Positions 21,723 to 29,650 of a stretch of DNA of 64,000 bases are shown here, one piece after another. The DNA is from an uncultured bacterium (lineage in GTDB: Bacteria; Verrucomicrobiota; Verrucomicrobiia; Verrucomicrobiales; DEV007), in contig CAXBMO010000005.1 in the NCBI GenBank assembly GCA_963977015.1, positions 160,001 to 224,000 of the forward strand, read 5' to 3'. A model generated the notes under the pieces. It worked only from the letters and a program-made list of their open reading frames with translations, was not told the DNA's origin and did not search any database. Each line of letters starts with the position of its first letter. Position 1 is the first letter of the stretch. The translations under genes and the position numbers were made by a program.

Positions 21723-22846
21723 ATTCCGGCTACTGGAACGACGCAAATCCCGATCTGCGGTTGAACCCCCTGGTTCCCTTCGATGATGCCGGGTTGGAAG
21801 CATTCCTCGCTTCGGCCGGGGAACTTCGGGGACAAGTCATCTTCGCCACCTCGGGAAGTTCGGGAGCGCCCAAACTCGTTTGCGTCTCCAAAACGGCATT
21901 GCTCGCCTCGGCCAAAGCCGTGAACTCCCATCTCCGGGTAACCGTGGATGATCGCTGGCTTTGCGCCCTCCCCACCTTTCATGTCGGCGGGTTTGGGATC
22001 TGGGCGCGCGCGTTCGCGATTGGCGCAGAGGCGATCCGCTACGAGAGAAGCTGGGACGCTCAGCGCTTTGTCCAGCTTTGTGAAACTTCCGAGATCAGTT
22101 TAACCTCATTGGTCGCCGTCCAGGTTTTCGACCTGGTAAAAGCCGGGCTCCGGTGTCCGGAACGACTTCGCGCGGTTGTGGTTGGCGGGAGCGCGCTTTC
22201 GGAAGAGTTGGGCTTGGCTGCGCAAAAACTGGGCTGGCCACTCCTTCAGAGTTTTGGAATGACGGAATCCAGCTCCCAGATTGCAACCCAGCCACTTGAA
22301 TCGGTCGAGTCGCCGCACAAGAACGCCGAATTGCCGATTTTGCCCTGTTGGGAAACGCGAGTGAATGCGGAAAGTCTCCTGGAAATTCGTGGCGCGCCGC
22401 TCTTCAGCGCCTATCTCGAATCTCGAAGCGGAACCTGGCAACTCGATTTTCCGTTCAGCGAAGATGGCTGGTTCACCACCAGGGATCGCGTCTTGCTTTC
22501 CGCCACAACCCTTACTCCGCTTGGACGAGGCGGCCGAACCGTCAAAATTCTTGGCGAGCTGGTCAATCTCGATCGCCTGGAACAACTGCTTTTTGAAGCC
22601 GGCGACCAATTTTCGGATCGGATAGCGCTGGAAACCAAGCCCGATCCGCGAATCGGGGAAAAGCTCGTTCTGGTGGTCGAGCCATCAGTCCCGGAATCCG
22701 AAGCGAGCCAAATCCGGAATTCCTTCGACCAATGTGTCGCTCCCTTCGAGAGAATTCAGGAAATCGCAAAAATCGAAGCGATTCCGCGCTCACCACTTGG
22801 GAAAATTCAGCGCCGCCGGCTACGGGAATTGCTCAGCGTGGTTTGA
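21695..22846 (+). CDS. menE: o-succinylbenzoate-CoA ligase
   Basis: TSGSSGAPK, LPTFHVGG, SFGMTESSSQ, TRD, PRSPLGKIQR; overlaps menC. Confidence 0.85.
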   Translation: METAESQLLDSGYWNDANPDLRLNPLVPFDDAGLEAFLASAGELRGQVIFATSGSSGAPKLVCVSKTALLASAKAVNSHLRVTVDDRWLCALPTFHVGGFGIWARAFAIGAEAIRYERSWDAQRFVQLCETSEISLTSLVAVQVFDLVKAGLRCPERLRAVVVGGSALSEELGLAAQKLGWPLLQSFGMTESSSQIATQPLESVESPHKNAELPILPCWETRVNAESLLEIRGAPLFSAYLESRSGTWQLDFPFSEDGWFTTRDRVLLSATTLTPLGRGGRTVKILGELVNLDRLEQLLFEAGDQFSDRIALETKPDPRIGEKLVLVVEPSVPESEASQIRNSFDQCVAPFERIQEIAKIEAIPRSPLGKIQRRRLRELLSVV

Positions 22847-23267
22847 AAATGTCCGCGACCGAAATGCTCAAACCGCTCAACGCGGGTTCGGCATCGCAAA
22901 GGTCGTCGCCCGTCAGTTCGAGAGTCTCCTGCACCGGGCGAAAAATCCGGACCCGCTCAAACGGAGCAAAGACTTCCCAGGCAACCTGAACACCGTTCTG
23001 GAAGTATTCGGTCACCTTGTCTTCCATCAGGTAAAAGCGATCCGTCGGCGAAGCCACATCGACAATCCACGTCGGAACAGGACTGCGGGTCTCTGAAGCA
23101 CGAATTTGATCCAGCGTGAAGTAGGAAAGCGTTGGCCGAAGCACCTTTTCCTCGGAATCGAGTGCGCAATCCGTTCCGGAAATCAAACGGTCGCCATTGG
23201 CAAAGGCTTCGGTTTCGCGGAATCGATCCAAGAGATTCAGAACAATCTTGCGGTCAGCTGCTTTCAT
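22833..23267 (-). pseudogene. Degenerate Uma2 (DUF820) family endonuclease
   Basis: PTWIVDVASPTD..KVTEYFQNGVQVAWEV matches Uma2, but PD is PT and the catalytic E is D. An in-frame TGA at 23289-23291 lies where the N-terminal part would be expected. Confidence 0.65.
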
Positions 23268-23465
23268 ACGTGGGGTGGCGATTGTGGATCAGTTTTTCCG
23301 ATACGCCAAAATCTAAATGCCCTCCAGCGTATTCCAGCCACAAAGTCGGGTCCGGCAATTGGGTCCAAACCCAGCCAAAACGCGGAAACATAAGCGACAC
23401 CACTTTTTCCCATTGCCCGGCAAGCAAGCCGCCCTTAGAACAAATGATCGTTTAACTTCGTAATT

Positions 23466-24899
23466 ATGAGTCAAATAAACCCAGAATCTCCAAAAACGGA
23501 GGATAAATCCTCACGTCGCAATTTTATCAAGGGAGGCACCGTTGCCGCTGCTGGCGCGGCCGCAGCCAGCACGCTGCCCATCGAATCTTTCGCTCAAGTC
23601 GCTGGCAGCGACGAGATCAAAGTTGGCATCGTTGGTGTCGGTGGTCGTGGATCGGGTGCCGTTGCCCAAACCCTGAACGTGGATGGGTGCCGCCTGGTGG
23701 CTGCGGGAGACGTCTTTGAATCCCGCCTTCAGGGAACCATGAAGCAACGGGCTTCCGGCGGATTGAACCGGATTCGTGCCGCGCTTGAAAAGTCCGGAAA
23801 GAGTGATCGTTACGATGTTCCTTCCCAGAACGAATTTGTCGGTTTCGACTGCTTCGAGAAAGTCATCGACAAATGCGACATGGTCATTCTGACCACGCCT
23901 CCCGGATTTCGCCCTGAAATGTTTGAGGCGGCGATTCAGGCAGGAAAGCACGTGTTCATGGAGAAGCCGGTTTGTACGGATGCCAAAGGTTACAATCGGA
24001 CGATCGAAGCGGCCAAGCTCGCCGACGAGAAAGGACTCAAAGTCGTTGTCGGACTTCAGCGTCACTACCATGACTCCTACTTGGAAGCCTTCAAAAAGGT
24101 TCACGAGGACGGCATCATCGGCAATATCGTCTCTGCACAGTGTTACTGGAACGGTGGCCGCCCTTGGACGGTTCAGCGCGATCCGAACTGGAGCGAATTG
24201 GAGTTCCAGATGTACAACTGGTATCACTTTGCGTGGGTCTGCGGAGACCACATCGCCGAACAGCATGTTCACAACATCGACATCGTGAACTGGTTTGTCA
24301 GTGGTGACAGCGTCATGGGTGGAAACCCCATCAACGCCCAGGGAATGGGAAGCCGTTCCGGATGGGAAAGCCCGAAGTCCGGAGAGATTTTCGATCACCA
24401 CTACGTCGAGTTCCGCTACGACAACGGAGTGATCATGAACAGCCAGTGCCGCCAGATCAAAGGCACCTTCCGTCGCGTGGAAGAAGAGATTTCCGGTTCC
24501 GAGGGAATTCTCACCATGAGCCAGGGAAAAGCCGTCGCCAAAGACTACAAAGGCAACGAAATCTGGAAATGGGGCGCATCAGAGGGTGGTGACCGCCGCC
24601 GCGACGCCCCCAAGGCTGCGAACCCCTATCAAGTTGAGCACGACCGGTTGCATGCTGCGATTCGCGAGAACAAGCCGCTCAACAATGCCTACTACGGCGC
24701 GAAGAGCTCCTTCACGGCAACGCTGGGACGCTTGGCGACCTATACGGGACAAGTCGTCAAGTGGGACGAAGCCGTCGGAAGCAACTTTGAGCTGGTTCCA
24801 GACAAGATGACTTGGGATCACGAACCTCCGGTGAAGCCAAATGATGACTTGAGCTACAATCCAGCCATTCCGGGCCAGACGAAATTGCCTTGGGCATAA
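23466..24899 (+). CDS. Gfo/Idh/MocA family oxidoreductase, Tat-exported
   Basis: SRRNFIK twin-arginine signal; VGVGGRGSGA; HVFMEKP; GDHIAEQHVHNID. Confidence 0.92.
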   Translation: MSQINPESPKTEDKSSRRNFIKGGTVAAAGAAAASTLPIESFAQVAGSDEIKVGIVGVGGRGSGAVAQTLNVDGCRLVAAGDVFESRLQGTMKQRASGGLNRIRAALEKSGKSDRYDVPSQNEFVGFDCFEKVIDKCDMVILTTPPGFRPEMFEAAIQAGKHVFMEKPVCTDAKGYNRTIEAAKLADEKGLKVVVGLQRHYHDSYLEAFKKVHEDGIIGNIVSAQCYWNGGRPWTVQRDPNWSELEFQMYNWYHFAWVCGDHIAEQHVHNIDIVNWFVSGDSVMGGNPINAQGMGSRSGWESPKSGEIFDHHYVEFRYDNGVIMNSQCRQIKGTFRRVEEEISGSEGILTMSQGKAVAKDYKGNEIWKWGASEGGDRRRDAPKAANPYQVEHDRLHAAIRENKPLNNAYYGAKSSFTATLGRLATYTGQVVKWDEAVGSNFELVPDKMTWDHEPPVKPNDDLSYNPAIPGQTKLPWA

Positions 24900-24927
24900 C
24901 GAAATCGATACTTTTTACCGAAAACTC

Positions 24928-24971
24928 GATCCCAACCTGCGAAGAAGCGCAGGTTGGGATCTTTTTCTTTT
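24928..24971 (+). terminator. Intrinsic terminator
   Basis: Perfect 14-bp stem GATCCCAACCTGCG/CGCAGGTTGGGATC plus T-tract after the oxidoreductase. Confidence 0.88.
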
Positions 24972-25021
24972 GACCGATCACGTTTTCGCGATCAGACAAT
25001 ACGGAAATTTTCCCCACGCTG

Positions 25022-25423
25022 ATGGAAACATCCCTTCAAGACCTCTTAGCTGCAATTAACGACGGACGAGTCCTCACCCCGGACGTGTTTGGAGCGATCG
25101 ACTGTGACGAAATCCTCGAATCACGTGAAAACGAGGGTGACTTCGACGATCGTTGGAACAAGTGCCTTTCTGCCGTCGAAAAAGAATGGGCCGAGGAAGA
25201 GCCGACTCAAGATGTGGAGCTGATGATCGATGAAATTCGGGAAATCAGCTTCGAAATCGCCAACCACGCGACGGAACAACACGATCTGGCATCGCACATC
25301 TCCGATGACTTCGACCTCTTTGCGAGAATCATCGTCCTGGAACGCTCTGACGCCTTCGCCGAAGCCCTGTGGGAAGCCTACGAGAATGGCGAGATCCCAA
25401 GCCCGGCTACCCTCAACGAGTGA
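25022..25423 (+). CDS. Small acidic all-helical hypothetical protein
   Basis: 133-aa ORF filling the gap between terminator and dxs; very D/E-rich; ISDDFDL, LWEAYENGEIP. Confidence 0.75.
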   Translation: METSLQDLLAAINDGRVLTPDVFGAIDCDEILESRENEGDFDDRWNKCLSAVEKEWAEEEPTQDVELMIDEIREISFEIANHATEQHDLASHISDDFDLFARIIVLERSDAFAEALWEAYENGEIPSPATLNE

Positions 25424-25549
25424 GACTAGGGCAAGAATGACCGGTTGAGTTCAACCCTTGCCTTCCGTGGATTGGAGTTGGCTGTGAACAGCCCCCCCCA
25501 AAGTACGTCCCCGCTCGAACTGCGTCCCGCTAGGCGATTTCCTTCTACG

Positions 25550-27445
25550 CTAGGCGACCTCTACGGCAGAGGGCGCGGGAAGATGTGGCGACACCTTCTC
25601 AACTGCTTTCTCCGGGGTAAGGCCGTGCTTCTTGCGAAGGATATCGACCTTTCCGTGCTCAATAAATTCGTCGGGCCAGCCAATCCGCTCGACCGGAGTT
25701 TTGATGCCCGCATCGTTGAGATGCTCGATCACGGCGCAACCGAATCCGTTGTGAAGGACGTGATCTTCAAACGTACAAATCACGGTGCACTGACGCGCAT
25801 ATTTCTCAATCGCCTGCGTATCCAGCGGCTTGATCCAACGCGGATTAATCAACGCAACCGAATAGCCGAGCGCTTCCAACTGATCGCGAGCCTCCTCGGC
25901 CATTTCGAACATGGATCCGAGCCCAAACAACGCGACATCGGTCCCATTCTGAACCACCTCCGCCTTCCCGATTTCCAGCAATTGAGGTTCGTCTTTTGGT
26001 TTTGCACCGACACCAGCCCCACGAGGATAGCGCACCGCACTGGGCCCATCGTCATACTGGGCCATGGTCCAGAGCATGTCTTTGAACTCATCTTCATCCT
26101 TCGGTGCCATGAAGACGAAATTGGGCACGTGGCGTAAATAACCGATATCAAAGAGTCCGTGGTGGGTTGGACCGTCATCGCCTGAAAGACCAGCCCGATC
26201 CATACAAAGGCGAACCGGAAGATTCTGGATGCCAATATCGTGAATCAGCATGTCGTAGGCACGCTGCATAAAGGTCGAGTAGATCGTGAGGAAAGGCTTC
26301 AGCCCCATGGTCGACTGCCCCGCCGCAAACAACGCCGCGTGTTCCTCCGCGATCCCAACGTCATAGTAGCGCTCAGGAATCTCATCCTTGAACGTCGTCA
26401 GTCCGGTCCCATTGGGCATGGCGCCCGTAATCGCGGTAATCAGCTCGTCCTTTTTCGCGAAATCGGTCACGGATCTCGCGAAGACCTGGGAAAATGTAGG
26501 CGTGCCCGTCGAAGGAGTTTCCCCCGTCTCGGTTTTGTAGGGCCCCAACCCATGAAACTTCATCGGATTGTCGAGCGCAGGATCATATCCCCGCCCTTTT
26601 TCCGTGATGATATGCAGGATGACCGGATGCTCTTCTTCCTTGAGATGTTCGAACGTGCGAACCAGAAGCGGCAAGTCGTGACCATCCAACGGCCCATAAT
26701 AACGGATGCCGAATTCCTCGAACATCACGCTCCGCATCACCTCATTGTGCGATGTCGGGTCGAGCAACACGTTCTTCGCGCTGGACTCCACCTTGGAGGC
26801 GAGCTTCCGCACTCCACGTCCCGCGATTCGCTCAACGAATTGGGCGGCCCGGTCATGAAGATGCGTGTAGGTGTTGCTGGTTTGCAACGCGTTAAAATAC
26901 TTGGCAATGGCACCGACGTTTCGATCGATCGACCACTCGTTGTCGTTCAGCACCACGATGAACTTTTTCGTCGTTTCAGCGATGTTGTTGAGAGCCTCAA
27001 AGCTTGGCCCACAGGTAAACGCCGCATCTCCGGCCACCGCGACCACGTGCTCGTCGGTTCCTTTGACGTCCCGGGCAGCCGCCATCCCCAACGCCGCACT
27101 CAAGGCGGTCCCCGCGTGGCCCGCGCCGTAACAATCGTGAGGACTCTCTGAACGCAAACAAAAGCCGTTCAGTCCTTCATACTGCCGAATGGTTTCGATA
27201 CGATCCCAACGCCCGGTCAGCATTTTGTGGACGTAGGATTGATGGCTGACGTCAAAGACGAATTTGTCCTTCGGAGTCTCAAAAACGCGGTGAAGCGCGA
27301 GGCTGAGTTCCACCACTCCCAGGTTCGGGCCGAGGTGGCCGCCGGTTTTGGAGAGGCAATTAATCAGGGTACGCCGAATTTCTTCAGCCAACTTGAGCAT
27401 TTCGTCCTCACTGAGTTTCTTGAGGTCTGCCGCTTTATCGATCAT
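25550..27445 (-). CDS. dxs: 1-deoxy-D-xylulose-5-phosphate synthase
   Basis: GGHLGPNLGVVEL, DVSHQSYVHKMLTGR, GHAGT, GDAA..EALNN, DVGIAEEHA, DRAGLSGDDGPTHHG. Confidence 0.97.
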   Translation of the reverse strand: MIDKAADLKKLSEDEMLKLAEEIRRTLINCLSKTGGHLGPNLGVVELSLALHRVFETPKDKFVFDVSHQSYVHKMLTGRWDRIETIRQYEGLNGFCLRSESPHDCYGAGHAGTALSAALGMAAARDVKGTDEHVVAVAGDAAFTCGPSFEALNNIAETTKKFIVVLNDNEWSIDRNVGAIAKYFNALQTSNTYTHLHDRAAQFVERIAGRGVRKLASKVESSAKNVLLDPTSHNEVMRSVMFEEFGIRYYGPLDGHDLPLLVRTFEHLKEEEHPVILHIITEKGRGYDPALDNPMKFHGLGPYKTETGETPSTGTPTFSQVFARSVTDFAKKDELITAITGAMPNGTGLTTFKDEIPERYYDVGIAEEHAALFAAGQSTMGLKPFLTIYSTFMQRAYDMLIHDIGIQNLPVRLCMDRAGLSGDDGPTHHGLFDIGYLRHVPNFVFMAPKDEDEFKDMLWTMAQYDDGPSAVRYPRGAGVGAKPKDEPQLLEIGKAEVVQNGTDVALFGLGSMFEMAEEARDQLEALGYSVALINPRWIKPLDTQAIEKYARQCTVICTFEDHVLHNGFGCAVIEHLNDAGIKTPVERIGWPDEFIEHGKVDILRKKHGLTPEKAVEKVSPHLPAPSAVEVA

Positions 27446-27459
27446 CTGGAAAGGAGTAT

Positions 27460-27831
27460 TCAGAAGAGTGAAATCTCGTCATCGGATGGGTCCGACTCTT
27501 CTGGCTTATCAGTTTTCTGGTTCTTGGGCGAGGCCGTTTTCTTCTGCACTTCCGGAGCCGCTTTGGCGGCCTCTGCGGGATCAAACGGCTGCAAGGTGGT
27601 TTCGGATTTCCCCGAAGCGATCATTTCGATCCGTTGTTCGGCTTCCTGAATGCGCTTCTGGCAGGTCTTCAAAAGGCGGTTCCCGCGTTCATAGCGATCC
27701 ACCAATTGGTCCAAAGGCATGCGCTCAGATTCCATATCCTTCACAATCGCCTCCAATTCGGCGATGGCTTGTTCAAAAGGAAGTGGAGTTTCTGCTGCCG
27801 GTTTCGGCTGTTTATTGGCCTGTTTCGGCAT
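27460..27831 (-). CDS. xseB: Exodeoxyribonuclease VII small subunit
   Basis: FEQAIAELEAIVKDMES..PLDQ...YERG..L...C......AEQRI; directly upstream of dxs. Confidence 0.92.
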   Translation of the reverse strand: MPKQANKQPKPAAETPLPFEQAIAELEAIVKDMESERMPLDQLVDRYERGNRLLKTCQKRIQEAEQRIEMIASGKSETTLQPFDPAEAAKAAPEVQKKTASPKNQKTDKPEESDPSDDEISLF

Positions 27832-27961
27832 ATTTCAAAGCTTGAAGGAACGTTCCAAAACGAAGACTACTCGAATCGCGGAGCCAAAATTTCAAGCCTT
27901 TTGGGGGTATTTGTGAGGACAACCGAACTCAAATCTGGCGGCGTCAGGCTCAAAAGTTGCC

Positions 27962-29527
27962 TCACTTCTTTTTGCGAGGCCGTTTGGGGTCCAGATTCAG
28001 CCCCATCAACTCATCGGAAGGAGTCGGCGTTTCCACCCCACTTTCAGGGACTTCCACACCGGCAATCCATGCGATGGCGTTCAAGACCGTCTTCCGATGA
28101 TTGTCGTTTTGCCAGTTGGCGTGGTAGTGACCGCCCGTGAACCCAAATCCGCGGCCGCCATCTTCGCGCTCGTAAACCCAGCAGACATGTTGCGGCAATT
28201 TATCCGCCACCATTTTCCGAACCTCGGGATTCCCGGAATGATGACCGTCTTTGCGGCTCATGGTCGCCTCCGGCGGAACCGCGCTCAAGATGGGAGTGAC
28301 GCCCGCGTCCGCGAACCTCATGTTGAAATACCACTCATCATTGATCGTGAACGGCTCCACCCCATTGGCGACCGGATGATCCGGCAGATCCTGAAATTCG
28401 GCATCCCAGTGGGGGTTGACCGAGTAGTTGACCTCGAACGCTCCGCCAATCCAGGAAATGAGATCCTGATTCGATTCATCGGGCAGCATTTCGACCGCAT
28501 AGTGAATGCACCCCAGGCCAATCCCCTTGTCGCGAAGCGCATTGAGCTGGCGACGATGCCACCACCCGATGTGACGGCTTCCTCCATCAGAATACATGAT
28601 CAACGCATCCGCGTTTTGCACCGCGCTGGTGTCTGAAGGCCAGCCATTGGTGTAAACCGTTGCATGAATCTTGTCGCCAAAATGCTCATTCAGGAGTTTC
28701 CCCAACAGTTTGCAGCCGGCATTGTGCTCGTGATCCCCCGGAGCGTGACTCGGTAATCCCGCGAACAACACGACCTTCTTCTTCCCCTCCAACGGAAGTC
28801 GCTTCAACTGGATATCGCGGAACTGGACCTTCATCGGCGCCCCGACATGAAGCTGAAAGGCGAGAATGCCGCTTGGGCGAGCTTCAGGCCGGTTATCGAA
28901 CACCTCGCTCATCAACGTTCCATTGATAAACTGCTGAAGGCGATTGCCTTTTGCGACGATCCGAAAGCTGTTCCAGTCGTTCTCCTTAATCCCTGCCTGG
29001 AGTTCCGTGGGATCGCCCAGAGTTTCCACCTCACGAGCCTTTTCCGCTCCGAGCGTCGCTTTTTCGCCGCGTTTTGCGAGGATCCCGCCAAATCCCTCAC
29101 CGTAATTCGTTCCCGCCCAGCCTCGAGCCGCATCCAAGTCCGCCTGGTATCCGCCAACACTGAAGGTCTTCGGATTCCCTTCCTTATCGTTCCCCTTTTG
29201 GAGAAAACTCCGATACTGAATTCCGGAATTCCCGGACTCAATTCGGTATTCGAGCTTCAGCTCAAAATCATCCAATTCGCCATCGCCCCAGATGAGAAAC
29301 TTATTGTAGGTCAGCGGATTGGCTTCAGAAGTTTGGCCCGTAATCGCACCATCTTCCACGCTCCAGAGGTGTTTGTCGCCCTCCCAGCCGGTCAGATCTT
29401 TGCCGTTAAAGAGGGAGACGAATTCTCCCGAGGTATCAGCAACTGGAACTCCTTCGGGGCGTTCGTCTTGTGCGGCGCACAACGAGATGGAGGCGAAAAG
29501 GGTTAGGAGGAACAAATGAGGTTTCAT
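27962..29527 (-). CDS. Exported DUF1080 (3-keto-disaccharide hydrolase-like) + ThuA-like domain protein
   Basis: LFNGKDLTGW, NSGIQYR, GYQAD, FQLH; then HAPGDHEH, DEWYF, GRGFGFTGGH. Confidence 0.88.
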   Translation of the reverse strand: MKPHLFLLTLFASISLCAAQDERPEGVPVADTSGEFVSLFNGKDLTGWEGDKHLWSVEDGAITGQTSEANPLTYNKFLIWGDGELDDFELKLEYRIESGNSGIQYRSFLQKGNDKEGNPKTFSVGGYQADLDAARGWAGTNYGEGFGGILAKRGEKATLGAEKAREVETLGDPTELQAGIKENDWNSFRIVAKGNRLQQFINGTLMSEVFDNRPEARPSGILAFQLHVGAPMKVQFRDIQLKRLPLEGKKKVVLFAGLPSHAPGDHEHNAGCKLLGKLLNEHFGDKIHATVYTNGWPSDTSAVQNADALIMYSDGGSRHIGWWHRRQLNALRDKGIGLGCIHYAVEMLPDESNQDLISWIGGAFEVNYSVNPHWDAEFQDLPDHPVANGVEPFTINDEWYFNMRFADAGVTPILSAVPPEATMSRKDGHHSGNPEVRKMVADKLPQHVCWVYEREDGGRGFGFTGGHYHANWQNDNHRKTVLNAIAWIAGVEVPESGVETPTPSDELMGLNLDPKRPRKKK

Positions 29528-29650
29528 TCCTGCCATGTTAGACAGATCCTCAGGCCTTGCACCCGCTTTTCCACGAGATTGGCTTTTTCCCAATTCTTCC
29601 GCGATTTCACGGAGACGATTCGGCCGTTCCGATTCCGATTCACGCGCTTT

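Noticed and set aside
25550-27831. xseB-dxs adjacency without ispA
   Set aside because: Ordinary variation of a common gene cluster.
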